DNA from: an uncultured beta proteobacterium
GTDB taxonomy: Bacteria; Pseudomonadota; Gammaproteobacteria; Burkholderiales; Casimicrobiaceae
Direction: 5' to 3'
Assembly: GCA_963722325.1 (NCBI GenBank)
Contig: CAVRLN010000012.1
Location: 1,792 to 65,791 of the forward strand
DNA length: 64,000 nt
In this document: positions 1-11,803 of the stretch, in pieces
Numbering within the stretch: position 1 is the stretch's first letter
How the letters are laid out: each line of letters starts with the position of its first letter
Made by a program: the position numbers and the translations under genes
The notes under the pieces: generated by a model
Seen by the model: only the letters and a program-made list of their open reading frames with translations
What the model was told of the DNA's origin: nothing
The model's database searches: none

Positions 1-966
1 GGTCTTCATCGCGCCGGTGCTGAACATGAAGTCGGCGTACTTCATGATGTTCTGGGGAACGTTGGTGAATTTGTAGTCCGGATTGCTGAGGATGGACACG
101 AGGGCGTCCTGGGTGAGGCGTTTGTCCGAAGACATCGCAAGATAGATTCGGGCGGCATCCGCCGGGTTGTTCGCAATGAACGACTGTGCTTCGAGCAAAG
201 CCTCGGTGAAGGCCTGGTAGACCTTCGGGTTTTCCTGCTGGAACTTTGTCGTCGTCCAGGAAATGATGAACGTCGTCTGTCCTCCGGTAAGCTCGTAGGA
301 GCTCAGCACTTTGTGAATGCGCGGATCCTTGAGCTCGAGATCCTGGAACGGCGGAGAAGCAAAGTGGCTGTCGACTTCACTGATGCCGGACAAAAGGGCA
401 TTCATCGCGTCAGGATGACTCAGCGAAACCGTCAGTGCGTCCAGCTTCGTGGCGTTTGCGGCGCCGAACGCCGCCGCCGAAGCCATCTGCAGCGTCATCG
501 CCTGCACTGAAGTCTTGACCGCCGGCAGCGCTATCCTGTCCTTGTCGGAAAAATCCTTGACCGTCTTGACGTCGGGATTGCGCGTCGTCAGGTACAGCGG
601 CATCGAGTCGAGCGCGCCGGGAGACTTGACCTGACCATTGAGCTTGTCCCACATGGTCAGGAACCAGGGAACCCCGCTGGATGCGAAATCGAGTCTTCCG
701 GCAATCATCGCGCCTTGCATGAGGCCCGACCCACCGAAGGTTTGCCAGGTGATCTTCAGACTCGTCAGGCCGAGCGCGGCGGCGTGCTTCTCGATGAGCT
801 TGTTGTTCTCCATGATCATGTACGGCAGATAACCGATGCCGTATTCCTTGGCGACCGTGATCTCGGCCGGCTCGGCGAGCGCCGATGTCGCCGGCGCGAG
901 CAACAACGCGACGATCGCGAGCATCGCGACTCGGACTGCGGATGCTTTCCAGGACGGTGGCCTCAT
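1..966 (-). CDS. ABC-transporter periplasmic substrate-binding protein, NMT1/SsuA (nitrate/sulfonate/taurine)-like; C-terminus lies beyond the window start
   Basis: Not in the ORF track because it runs off the edge. Hand translation of the minus strand from ATG 966-964 gives MRPPSWKASAVRVAMLAIVALLLAPATSALAEPAEITVAKEYGIGYLPYMIMENNKLIEKHAAALGL... (signal peptide plus SBP-like body). The frame stays open to position 1 (966 nt = 322 codons). Confidence 0.65.
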   Translation of the reverse strand, partial: MRPPSWKASAVRVAMLAIVALLLAPATSALAEPAEITVAKEYGIGYLPYMIMENNKLIEKHAAALGLTSLKITWQTFGGSGLMQGAMIAGRLDFASSGVPWFLTMWDKLNGQVKSPGALDSMPLYLTTRNPDVKTVKDFSDKDRIALPAVKTSVQAMTLQMASAAAFGAANATKLDALTVSLSHPDAMNALLSGISEVDSHFASPPFQDLELKDPRIHKVLSSYELTGGQTTFIISWTTTKFQQENPKVYQAFTEALLEAQSFIANNPADAARIYLAMSSDKRLTQDALVSILSNPDYKFTNVPQNIMKYADFMFSTGAMKT

Positions 967-986
967 TCGATTGCTCCGTGTTCGGT

Positions 987-1991
987 TCATTCCGCCTTGG
1001 CGCCGGATGCCTTGACGACCTTCGCCCACTTGGCCGTTTCCGCGCGTATGTAGTTGCCGAACTCTTCCGGCGTGCTGCCGACGGGGTCGGCACCTTGCAG
1101 GGTGAGCTTGTTGCGGATCTCGGGGATCGTCAATACTCGCACGATTTCCGTCTGCAGCTTCACCACGATCTCGCGCGGCAAATCCGCGGGTCCGAGCAGT
1201 CCAAACCAGGACGACGCCTCGAACTCCGGGAATCCCGATTCGGCGACGGTGGGTATTTCGGGAACCGCCGCCGATCGCGCCTTGCTCGTGACCGCGAGCG
1301 CGCGCAGGCGGCCAGCGCGTACGAACTCGATCACCGAGGGAATCGTCGCAAACATGAAATGTACCTGCTGGCCGGACAGCAGATCGTTGACCGCAACGGC
1401 GCCCTTGTAGGGCACATGCGTTATGTCGACGCCAGCCATCACCTTCAGCTCTTCGCCGGAAAGGTGCGAAGAAGTGCCGATCCCTGTCGAGGCGAAGAAA
1501 TACTTTCCTGGATTCGCCCTGACCAAGGCGACGAATTCGGAAAATGAATTGACCGGCATCGCGGTGGGGTTCACCACCAGCATGTTCGGTACGTGCACGA
1601 TGAGCGATATTGGCGTGAAGTCTTTCAGATTGTCGTAGGGCATCTTCGCGTAGAGCGACGCGTTGATGGCGAGCGGCCCGACCGAGCCGATCAGCAGCGT
1701 GTAACCGTCCGGCTTGGCGTTGGCGACGAAGGCCCCGCCGATGTTGCCTCCGGCCCCTGGCTTGTTGTCGATGACGACCGTCTGACCCCAGGACTTGCGC
1801 ATCTCGTCTGCAACGAGGCGCGCGACGATATCCGTGGTTCCTCCCGCGGAGAAGCCAACGACGATGGTGATTTGCCGGCTCGGGTAGTTGCCTTGCGCAG
1901 GCGCACCGTGCGCCGCGAGCAACAACAGCGTGGCTGCAGCAGCCCGAAACAGGACGCAAAGTGCGCTCTTGCGCACATGGATTCGGAGCAT
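987..1991 (-). CDS. Bug family tripartite tricarboxylate transporter substrate-binding protein (TctC-like), orphan
   Basis: ORF track 987..1991 (-), 334 aa, intact. Signal peptide, then Bug hallmarks: ITIVVGFSAGGTTDIVARL, DNKPGAGGNIG, KPDGYTLL, HVPYKGA. Confidence 0.9.
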   Translation of the reverse strand: MLRIHVRKSALCVLFRAAAATLLLLAAHGAPAQGNYPSRQITIVVGFSAGGTTDIVARLVADEMRKSWGQTVVIDNKPGAGGNIGGAFVANAKPDGYTLLIGSVGPLAINASLYAKMPYDNLKDFTPISLIVHVPNMLVVNPTAMPVNSFSEFVALVRANPGKYFFASTGIGTSSHLSGEELKVMAGVDITHVPYKGAVAVNDLLSGQQVHFMFATIPSVIEFVRAGRLRALAVTSKARSAAVPEIPTVAESGFPEFEASSWFGLLGPADLPREIVVKLQTEIVRVLTIPEIRNKLTLQGADPVGSTPEEFGNYIRAETAKWAKVVKASGAKAE

Positions 1992-2028
1992 GCCGTCCTC
2001 CGCCGATGGCAGCGTTGCGGCCCCCTGG

Positions 2029-2805
2029 TCAATCGCGATAGGAGGGATCGAGCTTGTCCAGCTTGCGCAGCAGCGCCGGCCATTCGAGCACGCCGAAGCG
2101 GCGGCGCACGCCGGGCTGATACAACCGCCACGATTCGCTCACGACGTCCTCGGGCGGCATCCTGATCTTGACGTTGCACGAGAGCGCCGCGACCTGGACC
2201 TGGCAGGCACGCTCGAGCCTGAACATGCTGTTGAACGCTTCCGCGATGCTCGCGCCCACGGTCAGCAGCCCGTGATTCCTGAGGATCATGCCCTCGTGCG
2301 CGCCCAGGTCGCGCACCAGTCGCGCCTGTTCTTCGAGGTTGAGAGCGACACCCTCGTAATCGTGATAGGCGATCCTGGCAAAGCGCATCGACGTCTGCGC
2401 GATCGGAAGGAGGCCGCACTCCATCGCCGATACCGCCATGCCTGCAATGGTGTGGGTGTGGATTACGCAGTCGACCTCGTGCCGCGCCGCGTGAATGCAG
2501 CTATGCACGACGTAACCGGCCTTGTTGAATTCGTAATCCGTCGGATTGAACAGGACGTTGCCGGCGAGATCGAGCTTGATGAAACACGAAGCGTGCATCT
2601 GTTCGTAGAGCAGGCCGTGGGGATTGATGAGGAATGCATCGTCCTCGTCCGGAACGCGCGTGCTGATGTGGTTGGCGGACATTTCCGACATGCCGTACAA
2701 GTCCACCAGGCGGTAGCACGCGGCGAGATCGACGCGCTTGTCCCATTCGGCCTTGCTTACTTGCTCGCGGACGGCCTTGCCCTTGCTCAGTGAACGGACG
2801 GCCAT
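2029..2805 (-). CDS. class II aldolase/adducin family protein
   Basis: ORF 2029..3051 (-) trimmed to Met83 (ATG 2805-2803): MAVRSLSKGKAVREQVSKAEWDKRVDLAACYRL... with His cluster HSCIHAARHEVDCVIHTHT. The upstream 82 codons are Arg/Pro-rich and unlikely to be coding. Confidence 0.8.
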   Translation of the reverse strand: MAVRSLSKGKAVREQVSKAEWDKRVDLAACYRLVDLYGMSEMSANHISTRVPDEDDAFLINPHGLLYEQMHASCFIKLDLAGNVLFNPTDYEFNKAGYVVHSCIHAARHEVDCVIHTHTIAGMAVSAMECGLLPIAQTSMRFARIAYHDYEGVALNLEEQARLVRDLGAHEGMILRNHGLLTVGASIAEAFNSMFRLERACQVQVAALSCNVKIRMPPEDVVSESWRLYQPGVRRRFGVLEWPALLRKLDKLDPSYRD

Positions 2806-3125
2806 GATCTGGATATCCTTGTCGGACTCAACGCGTGCACCTTCGGCATATCGGCAACGTTGACCCGGTGTTCGCGATTTCGTCGCGCGAAGCGGACAAA
2901 GCGTGCACGTCGGGCTCAAACGCCTCCGGATCCGATGGTAGCGCATGGCAGCGACCGATGCACGCTGCGAAGGCATTGCGGATCGAGCGGCCGGAGCGCA
3001 AGATTCCCTGGCGTGCCGACCTGCAAGTCCTAATGGCGCGCGCCACCGCAATCCTAGCGCCGTGCGAGAAACAGCGGGATCGAACTTACCGCCGGTCGTT
3101 CGGCACTCGAGAGGACCGCAGACTC

Positions 3126-4452
3126 ATGAGAGTACGTTTCTGGGGGACGAGGGGATCGATCGCCACCCCGGGGCCGGGCACGAATCACTTCGGCGGAAAT
3201 ACATCCTGCGTCGAGCTGACCACCGACAGCGGCGATCTTCTGATTTTTGACTGCGGCACCGGCGCACGCGCGCTGGCCGCCGAGTTGATGGCCCAAGGCC
3301 AGAAACCCATCAACGCGAACATTCTGCTCGGACATACGCACTGGGATCACATCCAAGGCTTTCCGTTCTTCACCCCGGCTTTCGTGAAAGGGAACTCCGT
3401 TGCGATCTACGGCCCCGAAGGCAGCCGCGTCCCGCTGCATGACGTTCTGGCCGGCCAGATGGAGTTCACCTACTTCCCGATCGACTTGAACCAGTTGCCG
3501 GCAACGATCACCTACCACGACCTGACCGAGGGCATCCACACGATCGGTGGCGCACGGGTCGCGACGCAATTTCTGAATCATCCAGCCATGACGGTGGGCT
3601 ACCGCGTCGAAGCCGACGGCGTCGCGATGGTGTACCTCGTGGACCACGAGCCGTTCTCCGATGAGCTCTGGCGCGCCGGTGCCGAGCCCGGTCGCATCGA
3701 GTCGATTCTGCACGACGGAGACCGCCGTCACGCCAGATTCATGGCCGACGCCGATCTCGTGATCCACGATGCGCAGTACACGCCCGAGGAGTATCCCTCG
3801 AAGAAAACCTGGGGACACAGCGCGTACGACTACGTCGTTCAGATCGCCGCGGCGGCCGGCGTGCGGCGTGTCGCATTGACGCACCACGATCCGGGCCATG
3901 ACGATCAGTTCGTCGCGGACATCGAGAGCAAGGCGCGCAGCCTGGCCGTGGAGCGAGGAACGGGGCTCGACGTCTTCTGCGCGTATGAAGGCTGCGAACT
4001 CGTCCTGGAACCGCGATCGACCTTGAAGCCCTTTGTCACGCAGGCCCCGTTCCAGCCCTCGGTCGCGCAGCGCCGGTTTCGTATCCTGGTGGTGGACGAC
4101 ACACCGGACATGCTCACGATGATCGTTCGCGCGCTTGAGCAGGAGGAGTACATCGTCAGCACGGCAACCAACGGGCCGGACGCGCTCGCGATGATCGCCG
4201 AGCACATGCCCGGATCTCCTGGTGCTCGACTACAAGATGATCGGCATGGACGGCATGGAAGTGATGAGAGCGCTCCGCGCCAGGGCGGAAACGCAGCACC
4301 TGCCGGTGCTGATGCTGACCGCCATGACCGACGAGCCGAGCACCCGCGCCGGCTTCGAGGCGGGCGTGACCGACTATGTGACCAAACCGTTCTCGATCCC
4401 GCAGCTGACGGCGCGCGTGCGCGCCTGTCTCACCCGGACCCAGTCAGCGTAG
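3126..4452 (+). CDS. MBL-fold metallo-hydrolase fused to a C-terminal response-regulator receiver domain (one frameshift as assembled)
   Basis: ORF 2835..4466 trimmed to ATG 3126 (MRVRFWGTRGSIATPG...). MBL motif LGHTHWDHIQGFPFF, then receiver RILVVDDTPDML. The frame breaks after ...AEHMP (apparent extra G in CCCGGATCTC, ~4212). The receiver continues in ORF 4222..4452 (LDYKMIGMDGMEVMRAL...TKPFSIPQL). Confidence 0.8.
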
Positions 4453-4462
4453 TCGTGATCGG

Positions 4463-4776
4463 CTAGTCGTAGACGACCTCGACACGATCCAGGTAACGTA
4501 CCAATTCGTCGACCGACTTGCGCGAGGCTTCGTTGTCGGCGCTGCCGGCCGCCTGCTCGAGGGCGGCGCCGATGTCGGTGACGCCCTGAAACCCAAAGCT
4601 GCCGCCCGCGCCCCTCATGCCGTGCCCGAGACTCTCCACGGTCTCGAAGTCACCCCGATCCAGCGCGCCAAGCATCGCGATGACGTCGTGCCTGCGGTTC
4701 TGCAGGAATCCGGGGATCAGGTCGGTGAGCTTGGGATTCGCGTGCACCATGATCGTGTCCGGTTCGACTGCGCAGC

Positions 4777-4780
<4 letters not shown>
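4463..4780 (-). CDS. Hpt (histidine phosphotransfer) domain protein; separate coupled gene or C-terminal domain of the upstream hybrid kinase
   Basis: ORF 4463..4780 (-), 105 aa, Hpt-like ...VESLGHGMRGAGGSFGFQGVTDIGAALE.... Its ATG sits in an ATGA (4780-4777) whose TGA lies in a third frame. The kinase frame overlaps it to 4650. Either reading requires one frame change near 4780-4800. Confidence 0.75.
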
Positions 4781-6866
<2,086 letters not shown>

Positions 6867-7019
6867 GCTGTTGCCCCCGCTATGATCTGTGCCGACAATG
6901 CACTCCACCGTACAGAGGGTAGTCCGTTTGTGCCGGCTCGGGCTTACAATTTGCGTACCGCTCCCAACCGATTGATGTTGAGCGCGAATCGCTTGCTCCC
7001 CGGTGGCCGGCAGCTCCCA

Positions 7020-7796
7020 TTACTCGCGCAGTTCGATCCACACCGGCGCATGGTCGCTGGCGCCAACCTTGGCGCGCACCTCCTTGTCCACGCCCGCGGC
7101 GATCAGTCGATCCGACACTTGGGGATCGAGCAGAAGGTGGTCGATGCGCAAGCCGGCGTCGCGTTCCCAGCGCTTGCGCATGTAGTCCCAGAACGTGTAG
7201 ATCGTTTCGTTCGGGTGCAGCGCGCGGATCGCGTCGGTCCAGCCGGAATCGATCAGCTGACGGAACGCCTTGCGCGGCGCCGGCTGCACCAGCGCGTTGT
7301 CGTCGTACGAATGAGTGACGTAGATGTCCTTCGCGGTCGGCACGACGTTGTAGTCGCCCGCGAGAACCACCGGCACGCCCGACGCGAGCAGCGTCGCCGC
7401 ATGTTCCGCGAAGCGCGCCATCCACGCGAGCTTGTGGTCGAACTTGGGCCCCGGTTGCGGATTGCCGTTGGGCGCGTACAGGCACCCGATCAGGATCCCT
7501 CCCACTGCGGCCTCGATGTAGCGCGCCTCGCGGCGCCGGACGCGCCCGGAAGCTCGCGGCGGACTTCGACCGGATCGGCGTCGCGCGCGAGAATCGCGAC
7601 GCCGTTGTATCTCGGACGCTGTCCCTGCCACATCGCGCCGTAACCCGCGTGCGCGCAGCTCGCGGACGGGGAATTCATCGTGGTAGAGACGCAGCTCCTG
7701 CAGGCACACCACGTCCGGCCGCGCGTCGTCCAGCCACTCGAGCAGGCGCGGCAGGCGGCTGCGGATGCCGTTGATGTTGAAGGTCGCGATCTTCAC
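7020..7796 (-). CDS. xth: exodeoxyribonuclease III, with a compensated double frameshift as assembled
   Basis: C-terminal 258 aa of ORF 7020..9122 starting at GTG 7796 (VKIATFNINGIRSRL...DHAPVWIELRE); 777 nt = 259 codons. The middle segment (AGYGAMWQGQRPRYNGVAILARDADPVEVRRELPG) is read only in ORF 7490..7678. Frame switches lie at ~7645-7656 and ~7530-7550. Confidence 0.85.
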   Translation of the reverse strand: MKIATFNINGIRSRLPRLLEWLDDARPDVVCLQELRLYHDEFPVRELRARGLRRDVAGTASEIQRRRDSRARRRSGRSPPRASGRVRRREARYIEAAVGGILIGCLYAPNGNPQPGPKFDHKLAWMARFAEHAATLLASGVPVVLAGDYNVVPTAKDIYVTHSYDDNALVQPAPRKAFRQLIDSGWTDAIRALHPNETIYTFWDYMRKRWERDAGLRIDHLLLDPQVSDRLIAAGVDKEVRAKVGASDHAPVWIELRE

Positions 7797-7868
7797 GCCG
7801 GAAGCATACCGCCGCGCCCAGGCGCCATGCCGATTCCTCCGACTGCGGTTTCGCGCTAAGCTGCCTTG

Positions 7869-9278
7869 ATGAGCGAGAGCGAGACCCTGTTCGCGGCACT
7901 GCGCCAGGCGGCGGACCCCGACGTCGTCGCGGCGATCGAGACGCTGGTGCGCGACGCGCCGGACCATCGGCTCAACCGCGTCAACGTGCTCGCCTTCGCG
8001 CGCGAGAATGAGCTCGATGAGGATCGCGTCATCGCCGGATTCCTGCATGCCGTGCGCCTCGGCTTGTTCGACATGTCGTGGAACGTGCTGTGCCCGGGCT
8101 GCGGTGGAGTGCTCGACGCCGGCGCATCGCTCAAGACCGTGAACCAGGCCGAGTACGCGTGCGCGCTGTGCGCCGCAGGCTACGAGCCGACGCTCGACGA
8201 AATGGTCGAAGTCACGTTCACGGTCACGCCGCGCACCCGTCGCATCGCCGCGCATTCGCCCAACGACCTGTCGCCCGTCGAATACTGCCGCCAGATCTTC
8301 TGGAGCTCCGGCATCGACCTGCGTGACGAGGCCTTCACCACGGCGATCGACGACGTCACGCTCGAGCTGATCGAGCTGCCTCCCGGAGAGCGCGCCATGC
8401 TGTCGCTGACGCTGCCCGAGGAATTCGTCATCGTTTTCGATCCGGTCACACACTTCGCGCAGTTCATCGACGTCAAGGGCGCGCCGACGCGGGAGCGGCA
8501 ATCGCTGTCGATCGTATTCAACCGCGCGCACGCGCACACGACGACGATCACGCTCAAGCCCGGCCCGCTGCGCCTGGCGCTGGACAACCGGACCGACACA
8601 CGCATCGTCCCGGGCGTCTATATCGCGGGCCAAGAGATGCACGACATGCTCGGCAAGCGCCGGCCCTTCCTCACCGCCAAGCGCCTGTTGACCAACCAGA
8701 CGTTTCGCGAGCTCTATCGCACCAGCACGCTCGACGTCGACCAGCGCCTCAAGATCACCAGCCTCACTTTCCTGTTCACCGACCTCAAGGGCTCGACCGA
8801 CCTCTACGATCGCGTCGGCGACCTGGTGGCGTTCGACATCGTGAAGGAGCACTTTCGCATCCTCAACGAGATCATCTCCGACGAATCCGGCGCGGTGGTG
8901 AAGACCATCGGCGACGCGGTCATGGCGACCTTCGCGACACCCGATCGCGCGCTCGCGGCGGCGCTTCGTATCCGGCGCGCCATGCGCGCGCTCAACGACG
9001 AGCGCAGCAACGAGGACCTGCTGCTCAAGATCGGCATCCACGAAGGTCCCTGCCTTGCGGTGACGCTCAACGACCGGCAGGACTATTTCGGCCAGACCGT
9101 GAACATCGCCTCGCGCGTGCAAGGTCTAGCGGTTTCGCAATCGATCCTCGCCACCGGATCGGTAGTCGGCAACCCGCAGGCGACGACGCTGCTCGAGACC
9201 GACGGCATCCAGCCTATGTCGCGGCGCCTGCCTCTGCGCGGCATCGCGGAAGAAGTGGCGGTCTACGAGATCCCCTAA
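7869..9278 (+). CDS. class III adenylate/guanylate cyclase with N-terminal Cys4 (zinc-ribbon-like) sensor region
   Basis: ORF 7866..9278 (TTG) with ATG at 7869; intact. N-terminal CPGCGG...CALCAAG. C-terminal cyclase catalytic block: LTFLFTDLKGSTDLYDRVGD...VKTIGDAVMATF...KIGIHEGPC...DYFGQTVNIASRV. Confidence 0.85.
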   Translation: MSESETLFAALRQAADPDVVAAIETLVRDAPDHRLNRVNVLAFARENELDEDRVIAGFLHAVRLGLFDMSWNVLCPGCGGVLDAGASLKTVNQAEYACALCAAGYEPTLDEMVEVTFTVTPRTRRIAAHSPNDLSPVEYCRQIFWSSGIDLRDEAFTTAIDDVTLELIELPPGERAMLSLTLPEEFVIVFDPVTHFAQFIDVKGAPTRERQSLSIVFNRAHAHTTTITLKPGPLRLALDNRTDTRIVPGVYIAGQEMHDMLGKRRPFLTAKRLLTNQTFRELYRTSTLDVDQRLKITSLTFLFTDLKGSTDLYDRVGDLVAFDIVKEHFRILNEIISDESGAVVKTIGDAVMATFATPDRALAAALRIRRAMRALNDERSNEDLLLKIGIHEGPCLAVTLNDRQDYFGQTVNIASRVQGLAVSQSILATGSVVGNPQATTLLETDGIQPMSRRLPLRGIAEEVAVYEIP

Positions 9279-9316
9279 CCCGCTGGGCGTCGCGGTTCGC
9301 CCGCCGCTTAGGCGCG

Positions 9317-10246
9317 CTACTGCGGGTTCTCGGCGATGAAGTCCAGCACGAGGTTATGGCCGCAGGGCGTGAAGTAGTAGTAGTTCACGAACTTCTTGCC
9401 CTTGGCGTTGGCGCCCTCGACGCGCACGTGGGCGGTACCGGCCCTGGCGCTGAATTCCCCCGGCGTTCCCGGCAGCAGGAAGCGCTCCGAGTACACCGCC
9501 ACGTCGGCATCGATACCCGGCAGCCCGCGAATCGCCAGCGCCTGCTTGTCATCGAAGCCGAGCGCCGCCAGCAGCTCCTTGGCGTTCTTTTTCAGCGCTG
9601 CATCGTGCACCGCGACGTACGCCGCAGTGACTCTCTGCTCGTCCGGCTTGGGCGCCGCCGGATCGCCGCGCAATCCCTTTTGCGTCTCGCCGAAACTGAT
9701 CTGCCGGATCGTCGGGCTCGACAGCGGAAGATCGAAGTCGAAGGTCCCGTGCTGCCTGTGCGTGACGCTGCCCAGCGCGCGATCGTCGCTGGGCTTCATG
9801 CGGCTCATCCAGTAGCGTCCGCCAACCTCGGTTTCGTAGCTGCTGCCGCTGAACGCGCTGCCGGCGGCGTAGTACTTGGAGACGCCCTTGTCGAGCGTCA
9901 CCTCGAGATAGCGCGAATCGCGAAGACGCGTGAGCGCGCGCGCCAGCGTCATCGGGCATGCCGAGCCCGCGATCATCGGCGATGCGATCTGCTTCTCGGT
10001 GACATAGACGACGGTGCCGGTACCGTTGGCCGCGGGATACGCGATACCGTCGACGACGTCGAACTCGCCGAGGTTGATCTCCTTGTAGTGCCCCTTGACC
10101 GGCGCGCCGTAGGTGTAAGCCGGCACCTGCTCGGCGACCTTGGGCGCGGGCGGCTTCGGCGCCGGCGTCGGGACCTTGTCGCAGCCGGCCGCGGCAAGCG
10201 CGGCACAGCATGCGACGACCCAGCCAACGCGCCGCCGCGGTCCCAT
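9317..10246 (-). CDS. hypothetical lipoprotein
   Basis: ORF 9317..10279 (-) trimmed to Met12 (ATG 10246): MGPRRRVGWVVACCAALAAAGC, a lipobox LAAAGC followed by a Pro-rich linker. No family recognised. Confidence 0.6.
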   Translation of the reverse strand: MGPRRRVGWVVACCAALAAAGCDKVPTPAPKPPAPKVAEQVPAYTYGAPVKGHYKEINLGEFDVVDGIAYPAANGTGTVVYVTEKQIASPMIAGSACPMTLARALTRLRDSRYLEVTLDKGVSKYYAAGSAFSGSSYETEVGGRYWMSRMKPSDDRALGSVTHRQHGTFDFDLPLSSPTIRQISFGETQKGLRGDPAAPKPDEQRVTAAYVAVHDAALKKNAKELLAALGFDDKQALAIRGLPGIDADVAVYSERFLLPGTPGEFSARAGTAHVRVEGANAKGKKFVNYYYFTPCGHNLVLDFIAENPQ

Positions 10247-10319
10247 GCTCGATGTCGGAGCGCTCATTGTCAGAGTCAAAGCACCGCGTCGCCTTGCCCG
10301 CGCTATTCCGAAAGCAGTC

Positions 10320-10763
10320 TCAACGCGTGATCATGCACTGGTTGCCGTCGACCTTGAAATTCTGCGTCATCGTCGACGTGCTGCTGCCGTTCTTGTCCTT
10401 CTCGGTCTTTTTCACCGTCAGCGTGGCGGCGGATCCATCGACGACCAGGACGCCGTTGGCCTTGATGTCGGCGGCGTACGCCTGCTCGGTCTGCGACATG
10501 TCCTTCATCATGCCGGTCATCATGGTGCGATCCTTCGCCGGCATGGCTTTCCACTGATCCTGCATTTCCTTGGTGGTGAGCTTGTTGGCCTCTTCCATGT
10601 TGCCGGCGTGCACCAGGCCCATCTGCTTGACCGACGCCTTGCCGCACGGATTGTCGAGGATGGCGGCACCCTTGATCTCGGTCTTGGCGGCGGTTGCAGC
10701 GGCGGCGTGGAACAGGAATGGCACGACAGTAGCGGCGCAAAGCGTCGACAGAAGACGGTTCAT
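10320..10763 (-). CDS. hypothetical secreted protein
   Basis: ORF 10320..10763 (-), 147 aa. Signal peptide MNRLLSTLCAATVVPFLFHAAAATAA, then a Lys/Met-rich mature part. Codon usage looks coding. No family recognised. Confidence 0.6.
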   Translation of the reverse strand: MNRLLSTLCAATVVPFLFHAAAATAAKTEIKGAAILDNPCGKASVKQMGLVHAGNMEEANKLTTKEMQDQWKAMPAKDRTMMTGMMKDMSQTEQAYAADIKANGVLVVDGSAATLTVKKTEKDKNGSSTSTMTQNFKVDGNQCMITR

Positions 10764-10885
10764 GGTTCTCTCCCCTTTGGTTTCGTTTTGGTGTCGAAAA
10801 AACGCGACGGCGCCAAGTATACCGATCAGGCGCGGTGAGCCGCCAGCGTTGCGTGCGTCGCAGCATTGGTGAGACCCTACCCTTC

Positions 10886-11761
10886 ATGAGAGGGACCGCT
10901 CGATGCTGGGCGCTGCGCTGCGTGCTGAGCTGCCTTGTACCGGCGTTGTGCGGGTGCATCGTGCTGACCACCGACCCGCGCGCCATCATCTCGGGGCCGC
11001 TGGGCAGCGCACAGGTGCTCTCGCTCAAGTGCGACGCCGCCGACCTCCTCTTGCGCGAAGCGGGGACGGGCAGCGGCGACGCGCTCGACGCACGCCCGTT
11101 CCGCGTCCTGACGTGGAACATCCACAAGCAGGACGACCCCGGGTGGCAGCGCGACCTGGCGGACTTCGCATCGGGCAGCGACGTCGTCCTGCTGCAGGAG
11201 ACGGCGCTCGATCCTGTGTTGCACCGCATCGTCGACGACGCTGGCCTTCGCTGGGTGCTGGCGAGCTCGTTCCTGTATCAGGAAACCGACATCGGCGTGC
11301 TGACCGCGACCCGCCTCGCGCCGGTCGCAAGCTGCACGCAACGCGTCGTCGAGCCGATACTGCGCATCCCGAAGTCCGCAGTGGTCACGTGGCTGCGCAT
11401 CGCGGGATCGCGGCAGACGCTGGCGATCGTCAACGTCCACGCCATCAATTTCGAGCTCATGCCGTATGGCTACCGTGCGCAGATCGAGGCGCTCGCCGAC
11501 GCGGTCGCGGGGCATGAGGGGCCGCTCATCCTGGCGGGCGACTTCAACACGTGGAACGACGCGCGCGATCGCGTGCTGGCCGAGACCGTGGGACGCCTCG
11601 GCCTGGTCGAGATCGTTCCTTCCGACGACCTGCGCAAGCGATTCTTCGGCAAGCATCTCGACCACATATTCGTTCGCGGGCTGGAAGTCGTCTCCACGCA
11701 GGCGATCGTGGTCACGTCGTCGGACCACAATCCGATGACTGCCACGCTGCGCCTGCGCTGA
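10886..11761 (+). CDS. endonuclease/exonuclease/phosphatase (EEP) family protein, probable lipoprotein
   Basis: ORF 10835..11761 trimmed to ATG 10886 (MRGTARCWALRCVLSCLVPALCGC). EEP-like FRVLTWNIHK...VVLLQE...IVNVHAINF...LAGDFNTW...SDHNPMTATLRL. Confidence 0.75.
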   Translation: MRGTARCWALRCVLSCLVPALCGCIVLTTDPRAIISGPLGSAQVLSLKCDAADLLLREAGTGSGDALDARPFRVLTWNIHKQDDPGWQRDLADFASGSDVVLLQETALDPVLHRIVDDAGLRWVLASSFLYQETDIGVLTATRLAPVASCTQRVVEPILRIPKSAVVTWLRIAGSRQTLAIVNVHAINFELMPYGYRAQIEALADAVAGHEGPLILAGDFNTWNDARDRVLAETVGRLGLVEIVPSDDLRKRFFGKHLDHIFVRGLEVVSTQAIVVTSSDHNPMTATLRLR

Positions 11762-11803
11762 CGACGCTCTCGCCGCGGCACTCGCATGCTCTATCATTGA
11801 GCC

